Shown one piece after another: positions 31,074-40,503 of a stretch of DNA of 64,000 bases (positions are counted from its first letter, which is position 1; every line of letters starts with the position of its first letter). The DNA lies in the NCBI GenBank assembly GCA_963828165.1, contig CAWHDR010000001.1:2048001-2112000 (forward strand). The letters are read 5' to 3'. This DNA comes from an uncultured Chloroflexia bacterium. GTDB taxonomy: Bacteria; Chloroflexota; Limnocylindria; Limnocylindrales; CSP1-4. The notes under the pieces are model-generated. The model saw only the letters and a program-made list of their open reading frames with translations, was not told the origin of the DNA and made no database searches. The translations under genes were made by a program, and so were the position numbers.

Positions 31074-31616
31074 TTACTGGCCGATCAGCGCGCCCGCGCT
31101 GTCCACGACGTACCACTTCGTGCCGAGGCCCTGGCCGTTGGTGTCGCCGGCCGCGGAGTCGCCCGCGAAGTAGTACAGCGGCCAATCTCCGTACTTGACC
31201 TGCTTGGTCCCGTCCGTCCGGTCGACGGTCGTGAGCTTGGTCGCGTCAAGGCCCGCACCGGCCGAGACGGCCGCAGCGTCCGTGGCGAGCAACGGGGGCC
31301 ACTGGGCGGCGCAGGCGTCGTAACAGGTCGACTCGCCGGAGGTGTCGGGGGTGAACCCGTACAGCGACTTGCCCTTGGCGTCCACGATGATCTCGCCGAG
31401 CGCATTCGTGGCGAGGGCGATCGTGGCGTCGGCGGCCGCAGACGGGGCCTCGGATGCTGGGGCCTCGGACGCCGGCACCTCGGACGGCGCCTCGGACGGC
31501 GCGGCGACGGATGGCGCCGCAACCGACGGCGAGGTGGTCGCGGCAGGCGTCGAGCAGGCTGCGAGCAGTGCGACGAGGCCAAGGACCAGGAACAGGGGTC
31601 GCAGGGTCGAGTGCAT
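31074..31616 (-). CDS. COG4315 lipoprotein with Yx(FWY)xxD repeats
   Basis: Lipobox LAAC; LYGFTPD, CYDACAAQWPP, PLYYFAGD, GQG. Confidence 0.9.
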   Translation of the reverse strand: MHSTLRPLFLVLGLVALLAACSTPAATTSPSVAAPSVAAPSEAPSEVPASEAPASEAPSAAADATIALATNALGEIIVDAKGKSLYGFTPDTSGESTCYDACAAQWPPLLATDAAAVSAGAGLDATKLTTVDRTDGTKQVKYGDWPLYYFAGDSAAGDTNGQGLGTKWYVVDSAGALIGQ

Positions 31617-31833
31617 CCGGTGATCTCCAGTCGGGCGGGTTCGGTTCACCCATGTCTACGCTCCTGAAGAGATCCTGGTTTTGCGCCCGAGTCAGGCGCG
31701 TGCGTGATGCGATCCGCACACTCCGGCCGGCTACAACGCTTGACGCCACCACGAATCGCAGCGCGGCGACGCCGGGGAAGAGCCACCGCCCCGAGCCCAC
31801 CGAGTGGGTGCCGCCCGGCATACCATGCCGGCC

Positions 31834-32724
31834 ATGACGCCCGCGAACACCGCCACTCCGATGGGCTCGCCGACCGGCACCCTCTTCTTCGTCCACGGCG
31901 CCAACGAGACGTCCGAGGGCTTGGCAACGAACCTGTCGCGTATCGAGGATCAGGTCCGCAGGCGCGGCTGGGACGTGCGAGTCGTCGGCCCCGAATGGCG
32001 GCGGCACTCCGGTCTGCGGCTCGGGAACTGGCGCAAGTCGCTGTATCGGGGCAAGCCGGCAACGATTGCCTTGTCGTCGCTGCCCACCGGCGTCGGCAAA
32101 GCCGGGGTCATGCGGCTCATGACGAACTACTTCGAGGGTCGGCGCGAAGCGATGCTGGAGGCTCTCGGCGCCCAGCTCCTGGCCGATGTCATGGGGTACC
32201 AGCAGCACCGGAGCTCCGTCCAGGACGTGCTCCGAAGCGAGCTCACCAAGGCGGCGAAGGCGGCACGCGGCCGGCCCGTCCTGCCGGTCGGGCTGAGCCT
32301 GGGCGGGGTCGCGCTTGTCGATCTGCTCGGCAGCTGGCCCGACGCGCCCGTGGAGGCATGCGTGACCGTCGGATCCCAGGCGCCGCTGCTGTACACGTTC
32401 GATGCGATCCCGTCACTGCCGTACGACGAGGCCGAGCCACCCCACCTGACCGTCCCGTGGCTGAATGTCTACGACAGCCGGGACTTCCTGTCCTTCGTGG
32501 CCGAGCCCCTGTTCCGGCGCACCGACGGGCTCGCCAGCGTCGTCGACCTGCGCGTCAAGTCGGGGAAGGACTTCCCGAGGTCCCACAGCGCATACTGGGA
32601 TCTGGCGCCCGTCTGGGACGCGATCGGCACGGCGTTCTCGTGGAAGCGGACGGAGCGGCTGACCGTCAAGCAGGCGCGCGACCTCGGCTTCGAGGCGCGC
32701 AAGCGGCCGGCGCCGAGGACCTGA
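31834..32724 (+). CDS. Alpha/beta hydrolase-fold protein
   Basis: FVHG, GLSLGG nucleophile elbow, DFL, SHSAYW. Confidence 0.75.
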   Translation: MTPANTATPMGSPTGTLFFVHGANETSEGLATNLSRIEDQVRRRGWDVRVVGPEWRRHSGLRLGNWRKSLYRGKPATIALSSLPTGVGKAGVMRLMTNYFEGRREAMLEALGAQLLADVMGYQQHRSSVQDVLRSELTKAAKAARGRPVLPVGLSLGGVALVDLLGSWPDAPVEACVTVGSQAPLLYTFDAIPSLPYDEAEPPHLTVPWLNVYDSRDFLSFVAEPLFRRTDGLASVVDLRVKSGKDFPRSHSAYWDLAPVWDAIGTAFSWKRTERLTVKQARDLGFEARKRPAPRT

Positions 32725-32795
32725 CCCGAGGATCTTTGATGACGATGCAACACCGAATCGAGCCGCGAACGACCGACCCACAGCGAGCAGTCGGC

Positions 32796-33338
32796 ATGAT
32801 GCGCTCCATGTTTCGATCCCTTGTCGTGACGGTCGTGGTCGGTCTGGTCGTTGCCGGCTGTTCAAGTCCGGGCGGCGCCTCCTCGAGCTGGTCGTTCGGC
32901 CCCAGCCTGCCGCCGGCGTCGGGGGAGGCCTCGGCGGCGCCCAGCGCCTCCACCGTCCCGTCTGCACCGCCCTCGCTGCCGCCTTCGCCGTCGGCGGCAG
33001 CATCTGTGGCGCCTTCGCCCGCCGGGGCGTCCGCGTCCCCGGCCGGTGACGCCACGCCGTTGACGATCGGCACGCGCACCGGCAGCGAGCTCGAATTCGA
33101 GCCGGATGAGGTCAGCGTCCCGGCCGGTACACCTGTTTCCGTCACGTTCGAGAACACGTCGAGCCTGCCGCACAACCTCACGTTCGGAGCGCCGATCAAC
33201 GCCGCGACCGCTCCGCTCGTCGACCCAGGCGCCTCGGAGACGATCGAGTTCGATGCGCCTGCGGCTGGCGACTACACGTTCACGTGCACGATCCACCCGG
33301 GCATGGAGGGGACGCTGACCGTCGAGGCTGCGGGCTAG
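32796..33338 (+). CDS. Cupredoxin (type-1 copper) lipoprotein
   Basis: Lipobox VAGC; PHN...CTIHPGM. Alternative start 32739. Confidence 0.87.
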   Translation: MMRSMFRSLVVTVVVGLVVAGCSSPGGASSSWSFGPSLPPASGEASAAPSASTVPSAPPSLPPSPSAAASVAPSPAGASASPAGDATPLTIGTRTGSELEFEPDEVSVPAGTPVSVTFENTSSLPHNLTFGAPINAATAPLVDPGASETIEFDAPAAGDYTFTCTIHPGMEGTLTVEAAG

Positions 33339-33373
33339 TCTCCTCGCGGGCCGGGCCCGCCGGCTGGCCGATA

Positions 33374-33393
33374 TCGAACATCTGTTCTATCAT
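33374..33393 (+). promoter_or_regulatory. LexA (SOS) box next to the -10 of the radical SAM gene
   Basis: TCGAAC-ATCT-GTTCTA (GAAC-N4-GTTC at 33376-33387), then TATCAT and ATG 6 nt later. Confidence 0.8.
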
Positions 33394-33399
33394 CCGGCG

Positions 33400-34332
33400 A
33401 TGCGGCCGGTCTACCGCGACGAACCCTGTCGGACGGCGCTCAACCGCGTCCGGAAGATGTCATTCAATTGGTCGCTCAACCCGTACATGGGCTGCGTCCA
33501 TCAGTGCACGTTCTGTTTCGTTCGGGCGTTCGAGCGAATGGCCGATCGGCCGTCAGACGCCCGCTACGGCACATCGATCCGGGTCAAGACGAACCTGGTC
33601 GAGGTCCTCCGCCGCGAGCTGGCTCGCAAGTCCTGGAAGCGGGAGCAAGTCGTGGTCGGGACGGCCACCGACCCGTACCAACCGGCCGAGGGCCACTACC
33701 GGCTGACTCGGGACGCGATCTCCGCGCTCGGGGAGGCGCGGACGCCGATCGGGATCATCACCCGCGGTCCGCTGATCGTTCGGGACGTGGACGTACTGGC
33801 CGAGGCATCGCGGCACGCGAAGGTGGGCGTGACCTTCTCGATCCCGACGCTCGATGCCGAGATCTGGCGACGGACGGAGCCTGGCACCGCGCCGCCGCGT
33901 CAGCGCCTCCGCGCGCTCCGGGTACTCATCGACGCCGGCATCGACGCGAGCGTCGGCATGGCGCCGATCCTGCCAGGTCTGTCGGACGACCCGGCCAGGA
34001 TGGCCGACGTCGTGCGAGCCGCCCGCGACGCCGGCGCGACCTCGGTCTGGACGAACGTCCTGTACCTGCGCCCGGGCACCCGCGAGCACTTCCTCGAGAA
34101 CCTCGCACGCGACTGGCCGGACCTCCTGCCCCTGTACGAGCGGCTTTACGACGGGCGGGCATATGTCGCCAAGGAGACGCTGGAGCCCGTTCGGCGCCAG
34201 GTCCGAGAGCTCGCGATCCGACACGGCCTGGCTGATCGGCGACGCCGACCGATCACGCCACCGCCCGAACCCACGAGCGAGCAGTTGCCGCTGACCGCGT
34301 TCATCCAGGCACCGGGCGTCCCGTCCGCGTGA
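33400..34332 (+). CDS. Radical SAM protein, Rv2578c/spore photoproduct lyase-like
   Basis: NPYMGCVHQCTFC (CxxxCxxC), GTATDPYQPAE, EPGT. Confidence 0.92.
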   Translation: MRPVYRDEPCRTALNRVRKMSFNWSLNPYMGCVHQCTFCFVRAFERMADRPSDARYGTSIRVKTNLVEVLRRELARKSWKREQVVVGTATDPYQPAEGHYRLTRDAISALGEARTPIGIITRGPLIVRDVDVLAEASRHAKVGVTFSIPTLDAEIWRRTEPGTAPPRQRLRALRVLIDAGIDASVGMAPILPGLSDDPARMADVVRAARDAGATSVWTNVLYLRPGTREHFLENLARDWPDLLPLYERLYDGRAYVAKETLEPVRRQVRELAIRHGLADRRRRPITPPPEPTSEQLPLTAFIQAPGVPSA

Positions 34333-34346
34333 CGCGGGCTCAGCGG

Positions 34347-34724
34347 TCAGCCGGGGCGCGGCCAGCGGGATCGGCCGGGTGCCGAGCGGGGGAGGGCATC
34401 CCAATCGGCCCGGACCGGGGAGAAGATGTCGACCACGACGGCGCCGTCGGGTCCGGCCACCGCGTCGTGGGGCAGGTTCGACGGGATCAGCCACGTCCCG
34501 CCGGGACCGAGCTCACGCCGCTCCCCGTCTACCGTGAACGTGATGCTGCCGTCGACGCACATGCCCAGCTGCTCGTGCTCGTGACGGTGCTCCGGCACGA
34601 CCGCGCCGGGCGCCAGCTCGACGAGCGCCAGGCTGGCGTTGGCACCGGCCACGACCCGTGCCTGGACCGTGTCGCCCCAAACGTCGAGCGCCGGGACGTC
34701 CCCGATGTCCACCAAGTTCGCCAT
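34347..34724 (-). CDS. Cupin domain protein
   Basis: HRHEHEQ, IPSNLPH, DIFSPVR. Confidence 0.88.
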   Translation of the reverse strand: MANLVDIGDVPALDVWGDTVQARVVAGANASLALVELAPGAVVPEHRHEHEQLGMCVDGSITFTVDGERRELGPGGTWLIPSNLPHDAVAGPDGAVVVDIFSPVRADWDALPRSAPGRSRWPRPG

Positions 34725-34807
34725 GTGCCCTCGCGGCTGCGATCTCCGAGGACCGAAGCGTATCGCCAAGCGGAGACCCCGCGCGAGATGGCATCGTGGT
34801 ATCACCG

Positions 34808-36082
34808 ATGACGACCACGATCTCGCTCAGGACCGCGGGCCGCTTCATTCTGGGCCGGGGGGGCCTGTGGCCCGGACGCCGCTGGCGCGGACTGCGCGGC
34901 ACGGAGCAGGCGATGCGCGCGATGGAGCACCTCCAGCTCGATCCGCTCGTCGTCATCGCGCGCGCGCACGACCTGATGCTCCAGTCGCGGGTGATCGACT
35001 ATCGACTCGACGACTGGGCGATCCTCACCTACGAGAAGCGCCGCTTCTTCGACTGGGGCGGCTGGCTGGCCGTGCGTCCCATGGACGAGCTCCCACACTG
35101 GCGCGTGCTGATGCGGCGCGAGCGCGAGAGCCCGCGCTGGCAGGCGTTCGCGAAGGAACACGAGACAGCGATCGCCGAGATGCGCGACGTGCTGCGCGAT
35201 CGCGGAACGGTCTCAAACCGGGACTTCACGATGAGCGCGAGGACCCGCGTCGATAGCTACCGCGGTCGCAAGGACAGCGCGGTCGCGCTGTATTACCTGT
35301 GGCGCATGGGCGAGGCGATGGTGACGCGCCGCGAACGGTTCGAACGCGTCTACGCCGCCACCGACGCGGTCGCGCCCGGGCACCTCATCCGCGAGAGCTC
35401 CGACGCCGAGGCGGACGATCACCTGTTGCGCAAGATGGTCGCGGCGCAGGGGCTCACGAAGTTCGTGGGAGTCAAGTCGGCGCTCCAGCGCGACATCTCG
35501 CCGGCGGAGTTCAAGGCGTGGCGCGAGCAGCGGGTCGCAAGTGGCGAATTGATCGAGGTTCGCGTCGAGGGTTGGCGCAGCCCGCACTGGGCGCTCGGCA
35601 GCGACGCTCCGATCCTCGAGACGCTCGAGGCCGGTCGCGTGCCTCACTCGTGGAAGCCGCTCGACTCGACGACCGAGGACGAGGCGGTCTTCCTCTCACC
35701 GCTCGACCCGGTCCGTGGTCGCGCCGAGGAGCTCTTCGGGTTCCACTACCGCTGGGAGGTCTACACACCGGCGGCCAAACGCAAGTACGGCTACTACGTG
35801 CTGCCCGTCCTGTGGCGCGACACGATCGTTGCGCGCTTCGATGCGAAGCTGGACCGCAGGGACCGGACGCTGCGGATCCTTGGCCTGTGGCTGGAAGACG
35901 AGGCACTGGCCCGCGACGACGACTTCGCCGAGGCCATGGCTCGGGGACTCGCCCGGTTCCTGGACTTCCTGGAGGCCGAGCGCATCGACGTGAAGGGTGT
36001 GCCACTGCCCTCGCTGAGGCGGCGTCTATCCGGAGTCGTGCCGCAGGTCCCGGCGCCCCATCGGTCGTCCCGGGCGAGGTAG
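34808..36082 (+). CDS. YcaQ/AlkZ-family DNA crosslink repair glycosylase (HTH_42)
   Basis: LQLDPL.VIARAH, LSPLDP, YRWEVYTP..KRKYGYYVLP. Confidence 0.88.
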   Translation: MTTTISLRTAGRFILGRGGLWPGRRWRGLRGTEQAMRAMEHLQLDPLVVIARAHDLMLQSRVIDYRLDDWAILTYEKRRFFDWGGWLAVRPMDELPHWRVLMRRERESPRWQAFAKEHETAIAEMRDVLRDRGTVSNRDFTMSARTRVDSYRGRKDSAVALYYLWRMGEAMVTRRERFERVYAATDAVAPGHLIRESSDAEADDHLLRKMVAAQGLTKFVGVKSALQRDISPAEFKAWREQRVASGELIEVRVEGWRSPHWALGSDAPILETLEAGRVPHSWKPLDSTTEDEAVFLSPLDPVRGRAEELFGFHYRWEVYTPAAKRKYGYYVLPVLWRDTIVARFDAKLDRRDRTLRILGLWLEDEALARDDDFAEAMARGLARFLDFLEAERIDVKGVPLPSLRRRLSGVVPQVPAPHRSSRAR

Positions 36083-36184
36083 TTCCGGAAACCACCAGTC
36101 TCCGCGCCGACGTACCACGTCGCAGCGGCCGCACGCCGGGTCGACACATCCACACACCCGCCGGCCGCACTCGAGGAGGTCACG

Positions 36185-36643
36185 ATGTCCCGCACGCTCC
36201 GCCTCGTCCTCAGTCTTGCCGCACTCGCGGCGCTCGCGCTCGGCTCCGTCGCGTCCACGACGGCCGGCGGCCCCAAGGTCCTCGACGCACGCATGGCGGG
36301 GATCCCGTCAGGTGCTCCGACGCTCCACGGCCTGATCGGCGGGGGCGTGGCCTGGTCGCTCGAGGAGGGCCGGACCATGCTCTTCGCCGACGGGCGGCTG
36401 CACGTCGAGGTCGAGGGTCTCGTCGTCGCCGCGAGCGGCGTGAACCCGATCGCGACGGGCCGGGCCGTCCTCACGTGTTCGTCCGTGGCCGCGGCCAGGT
36501 CTCCGATCGTCCCGTTCTCCGGCACCGGTGACGCCGAGGTGAATACCGTGCTCGATGTACCCGCGACGTGCCTCGCGCCGGCCGTGTTCTTCGTGGGTAT
36601 CACGGGCAACGGGGAACGTTGGTTCGCCGTCACGGGCAGGTAA
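36185..36643 (+). CDS. Hypothetical secreted protein
   Basis: GAGGAGG RBS, signal peptide, two Cys. Confidence 0.75.
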   Translation: MSRTLRLVLSLAALAALALGSVASTTAGGPKVLDARMAGIPSGAPTLHGLIGGGVAWSLEEGRTMLFADGRLHVEVEGLVVAASGVNPIATGRAVLTCSSVAAARSPIVPFSGTGDAEVNTVLDVPATCLAPAVFFVGITGNGERWFAVTGR

Positions 36644-36685
36644 ATCCTAACTGACGGCGACCGGCCGTCGGTCGCCACCCCGGGA

Positions 36686-36724
36686 ATCGAAAACGACCCG
36701 GGTCGACTGACGATCCGGGTCGTT
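36686..36724 (-). terminator. Intrinsic terminator after the zinc-ribbon gene
   Basis: 14-bp stem AACGACCCGGGTCG/CGATCCGGGTCGTT with a T-run on the minus strand. Confidence 0.65.
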
Positions 36725-36782
36725 CTTGGGGTGTCTCGGTCAGGCGGGACGGGGACGACCCGCCTGACGAGATCCTGGGGCG

Positions 36783-37157
36783 TTAGCCCCGCTGGCTGCG
36801 GAAGCAGTCGCTGCAGTAGACGGGCTTGCCGCTCGTGGGACGGAACGGGACCTGGGCTTCCTTGCCACAGGACGAGCACGTCGCCTCGAACATCTCGCGG
36901 GGAGCGCGCTCGTAGCCGCCGCCTCCACCGCCGCCGCCGTAGCTGCCGGCGCCGCTGGAATAGCCGCCACCGTACGAGCTACCGCCGTACGAGGAGCCGC
37001 CGCCCTCTGCGTTGCGCGCAGCCTTGCGGCTGGCACGGCAGGAGGGGCAGCGTCGCGGCTCGGTGAAGCCACGCTGCGCGTAAAAGTCCTGCTCGGAGGC
37101 GGTGAACACGAATTCCTGTCCACAGTCCGCGCAGGTCAGATTCTTGTCGTTGTACAA
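36783..37157 (-). CDS. Zinc-ribbon + CxxC-x17-CxxC domain protein with Gly-rich linker
   Basis: CADCGQEFVFT..EQ.FY...P.RC..CR; CSSCG...VPF.P...PVYCSDCF; AAGGAG RBS, TTG start. Confidence 0.92.
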   Translation of the reverse strand: MYNDKNLTCADCGQEFVFTASEQDFYAQRGFTEPRRCPSCRASRKAARNAEGGGSSYGGSSYGGGYSSGAGSYGGGGGGGGYERAPREMFEATCSSCGKEAQVPFRPTSGKPVYCSDCFRSQRG

Positions 37158-37346
37158 AAGAAAGACTCCTTCTCGATAGCCGGCGCGTTCCCGTGGTTTC
37201 TCGCGCCAGTCGTGAGAGGAGTCCGCGTTGCGTCGTGCTATGTGTAGCCACGGCTATGTCCGTGACCGGCCAGCATCATACCCCATGTCCCTCGGGCATG
37301 TAACCCCTCATCTGACGCCATCGCGGTCGTCCGGCATCATGGCCCG

Positions 37347-37781
37347 ATGCGCGATTCACTCCCGCCCGAAGCCTTCCTCGCGGGGTATCCGGACGGGATC
37401 CGCGACGCCGCGGAGACGCTTCGCGCGATCGTCCGCCAAGCGGTCCCAGACGCCATCGAAGGCGTCCGTGGTGGCTGGCGCCTGATCGGTTACGAAGTGC
37501 CGGCCGGCCGACGCAGACGCTACTTCGCGTACATCGCGCCAGAACCGATCCACGTCCACCTCGGCTTCGAATACGGGGCGTGGATGGCCGACCCGGAGGG
37601 ACTGCTCGAGGGTGCCCACCTCGGTCTCCGCAAGGTGCGGTTCACGACCTTCGCGGAAGGCCAGCCGATCCCCGCAGCCGCCCTCGAGCGCCTGACCCGA
37701 GAAGCCGCACGCGTCGCCCTGCTGTCGCGCGGCGAGCGACTCGCACGATCGTTCGATCGGGAGTGGGAGCCGCCGGTCTAG
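37347..37781 (+). CDS. DUF1801 (YdhG-like) protein
   Basis: LRAIVRQAVPDA.E, GW..IGY, HVHLGF..GA...DP..LLEG. Confidence 0.8.
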   Translation: MRDSLPPEAFLAGYPDGIRDAAETLRAIVRQAVPDAIEGVRGGWRLIGYEVPAGRRRRYFAYIAPEPIHVHLGFEYGAWMADPEGLLEGAHLGLRKVRFTTFAEGQPIPAAALERLTREAARVALLSRGERLARSFDREWEPPV

Positions 37782-37984
37782 AGATCGGAGCCGGGCGCGT
37801 GCTCGGTCGAGGGCTCCCCGCCCTGCTCCTCGGGGGCGACCGTCGGCGTCTCGTGGGCGGGCTTTCCGGCCCCGACGTCGTCCGTTCCGGCGGCCTCTGG
37901 TCGGCCGTCCCGACGCTGGTCATCGGGGCCGTCGATCTCGTCCGGGCGCTCGAGGGGCTCGTCGTTGCTGGTTTGATCGGTCAT
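37778..37984 (-). CDS. Small acidic, probably disordered hypothetical protein
   Basis: GGAGG RBS before MTDQ; Asp/Glu/Pro/Gly-rich. Confidence 0.55.
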   Translation of the reverse strand: MTDQTSNDEPLERPDEIDGPDDQRRDGRPEAAGTDDVGAGKPAHETPTVAPEEQGGEPSTEHAPGSDL

Positions 37985-38170
37985 GGGTGCGTCCTCCATG
38001 CGGCCGACGTGGCTGCCCGCGGCAATCATCGAGCGTGATTCGTTGCGGCCAGCCCGCCGTCCGGGCTTGGGCTCTTGCGTTTACGGGTCGAAGGTGCCCG
38101 TGCGGACAAGGAAGCACGGCCGCGGGGAGGAATCCGCGACCGTGCCGGGAAAGGGGGGATGGACGCGAGG

Positions 38171-38671
38171 CTACGGGAGCAGCACCGCGTCGATGACGTG
38201 GATGACGCCGTTCGAGACATCGATGTCGGCGGCCACGATCCGAGCGTCGTTGACATACGGCGCGCCGGCGCGGATGGACGGGTGGATGAAGCGCTTGCTC
38301 AACGTCCGGATGCGGCTGCTGTCCAGGACGCTCGCGCTGAAGCGCTCGCCCGGGGCGACGTGGTAGAGCAGGACGGTGCGGAGGGTGTCGACCGGGATAT
38401 CGCCGATCCCACTCACGCCCAGGCGCGAGAAGAGCGACTCGAAGGCGGCGTCGGTCGGGGCAAAGACCGTGAGCTGGCGCCGGCCGTCGAGCGTATCGAG
38501 GAGGCCGGCCCGCACGACTGCGCCGATCAGGTGGTCGAATTCGCCGGTCGAGGAATTCACCGCGATGGCGGTATCGACGATGGTCGAACGCGACTGGCGC
38601 GCCGCGACCGGCGCGACCGCCAGGCTCGCGAGGAGTCCGACCGTCAAAAGGATGAGGGTTAAGCGACGCAC
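38171..38671 (-). CDS. Secreted fasciclin (FAS1) domain protein
   Basis: TVFAPTDAAF, LLYHV, DI.VSNGVIHVIDAVLLP. Confidence 0.95.
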   Translation of the reverse strand: MRRLTLILLTVGLLASLAVAPVAARQSRSTIVDTAIAVNSSTGEFDHLIGAVVRAGLLDTLDGRRQLTVFAPTDAAFESLFSRLGVSGIGDIPVDTLRTVLLYHVAPGERFSASVLDSSRIRTLSKRFIHPSIRAGAPYVNDARIVAADIDVSNGVIHVIDAVLLP

Positions 38672-38708
38672 GATGGATGGTCCCTTCAGTTGGGAGTCGG
38701 GGACGACG

Positions 38709-38936
38709 TCAGGCGGTGACGCGTTCGTCCGCGGTGATCCACTGCACGAGGGTCGGCAGCAGCGCCACGGCCGAGATGCCGACGAGGATGTAGATCAAGC
38801 TCGAGAGGACGTTCGTCTCACCGAACGACATGCCGGTCAACATGGCGACCAGGTCGATCTGGGCGAGGCCGATGAGGAGCCAGTTGAGCCCTCCGACGAT
38901 GACCAGGAGCAGGAACAGGGCCTTGAGGTAGCGCAC
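38709..38936 (-). CDS. DUF378 small membrane protein
   Basis: IVGGLNW.LIGL...DLV, IYILVG; AAGGAG RBS. Confidence 0.9.
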   Translation of the reverse strand: MRYLKALFLLLVIVGGLNWLLIGLAQIDLVAMLTGMSFGETNVLSSLIYILVGISAVALLPTLVQWITADERVTA

Positions 38937-38969
38937 GGGTATCTCCTTGTGACTGATGAGCCGGTTGGT

Positions 38970-39028
38970 TGTCTAGGCTCTGTTCATACTTTAGGCCGGT
39001 GTCTGAACGCTTGTCAAGCCTTTGTATT
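38970..39028 (-). promoter_or_regulatory. Sigma70 promoter TTGACA-N18-TAAAGT with CarH-like TnnACA repeats
   Basis: Minus strand: AATACA/TTGACA 11 bp apart, CAGACA, then TGAACA/TAGACA 11 bp apart. Confidence 0.7.
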
Positions 39029-39047
39029 CGTGTATGCTGTACGAAGC

Positions 39048-39980
39048 ATGTACACGATCAAGCAAGCCGCTCTTCGATCCGGCGTCTCGGTGCCGCTCCT
39101 TCGTGCCTGGGAGCGCCGCTACGGGATCGTCGTTCCAGACCGGACGGCATCCGGCTATCGGCTCTACGACGACGCGGCCTTGGCCCGCCTCAAGACGATG
39201 CGGCGGCTGGTGAACGAAGGCTGGACCCCGAGCAGCGCCGCAGCCGCGGTGCTCGAGGACCGGGCGCCGGCGGAATCGCCGGTGGCGACCGTGGACGAGG
39301 GCAGGCCTGCGCGAGCAACGGACCTCGTCGAGCGATTTCTCGAGGCGGCGGCGCGGCTCGAGGCGATGGAGGTCGAGCGGGTGCTCGACGTGATGCTCGC
39401 GGACGGCACCTTCGAGGCCGTGGCCGACCGTCAGCTGCTGCCGGCACTCGTGGCGCTGGGGGATGCCTGGGCGTCCGGTCGTCTGGACGTTGCGGCGGAG
39501 CACGCCGCCAGCCACGCGGTGTTGCGTCGGCTATCCGCCGCGTTCCAGGCCGCCGGTGGTGCCAGGCCGGCTGACGGGAGCGTCCTGGTCGGGCTACCGC
39601 CGGGCGCGAGGCATGAGCTCGGCGCACTCGCGTTCGCCGTGGCCGCTCGGCGAGCGGGCATCCCGGTCCTCTATCTGGGCCCGGACCTGCCAGTCGCCGA
39701 CTGGGTCGCGACCGCTCATCGGACACAGGCCCGCGCCGCCGTCATCGGTGCCATCGGCGCGGACGATGCACGCGCGGCGGCCGACGTGGCGCTGGCCCTG
39801 CACGCGGACGATCCCGCTCTCGCGATCGTGCTGGGTGGGGGCGCCGCAGGAGTGGCGGCTGAGGAACTGGTCGACGGAACCGGAGCGTGGGTGACCGTCC
39901 TGCCTGCCGGGGTCCGCCAGTCCGTGACCGCGTTGAGCGAAGCCATCGGGTTCCCTGCAACCGACGCCCTCAGGCGGTAA
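39048..39980 (+). CDS. CarH/LitR-type MerR regulator with B12-binding domain (copy 1)
   Basis: RAWERRYG, RTASGYRLY, W-x9-EH (WASGRLDVAAEH), RHELG, YLGPDLP. Confidence 0.9.
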   Translation: MYTIKQAALRSGVSVPLLRAWERRYGIVVPDRTASGYRLYDDAALARLKTMRRLVNEGWTPSSAAAAVLEDRAPAESPVATVDEGRPARATDLVERFLEAAARLEAMEVERVLDVMLADGTFEAVADRQLLPALVALGDAWASGRLDVAAEHAASHAVLRRLSAAFQAAGGARPADGSVLVGLPPGARHELGALAFAVAARRAGIPVLYLGPDLPVADWVATAHRTQARAAVIGAIGADDARAAADVALALHADDPALAIVLGGGAAGVAAEELVDGTGAWVTVLPAGVRQSVTALSEAIGFPATDALRR

Positions 39981-40015
39981 GGTCTTTGGTGCGCGCCAAG
40001 GAAGGAGACCGCCGC

Positions 40016-40405
40016 ATGTTCAAGGACAGCAAGGCATTCTCGGGGTTCGCGGTGAAGGACCTCGCAGCCGCGAAGACCTTCTACGGCGACACGCTCGGTC
40101 TGGATGCGCGAGATGGCCCGATGGGCATGCTCGAGTTGCACCTCGGCAGCGGCGCGGTCGTCCTGGTCTATCCCAAGGAGGACCACCAGGCCGGGAACTA
40201 CACGATGCTCAACCTCCCGGTCAAGGACGTGGATGCCGCGGTGGATCAGCTGACCGCAGCAGGCGTCCGGATGGAGCACTACGGACCGGACTTCGGCCAG
40301 GACGAGAAGGGCATCGCCCGGGGCAACGAAGGCCCCACGATCGCCTGGTTCAAGGACCCGTCGGGCAACATCATCGCCGTGCTGGATGAGGGTCCGCCGG
40401 CCTGA
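40016..40405 (+). CDS. VOC/glyoxalase family protein
   Basis: AFSGFAV.D, FYGDTLGL, AWFKDPSGN. Confidence 0.9.
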   Translation: MFKDSKAFSGFAVKDLAAAKTFYGDTLGLDARDGPMGMLELHLGSGAVVLVYPKEDHQAGNYTMLNLPVKDVDAAVDQLTAAGVRMEHYGPDFGQDEKGIARGNEGPTIAWFKDPSGNIIAVLDEGPPA

Positions 40406-40503
40406 CCGCTCGGGAACCTGGCTTGCGGGGGTCGTCTGTCCCCGCCCGCGACCGACGCCAACCCTTCACGCTCACGCCTCCCGCCCCCAGAAGGAGATCC
40501 ATC

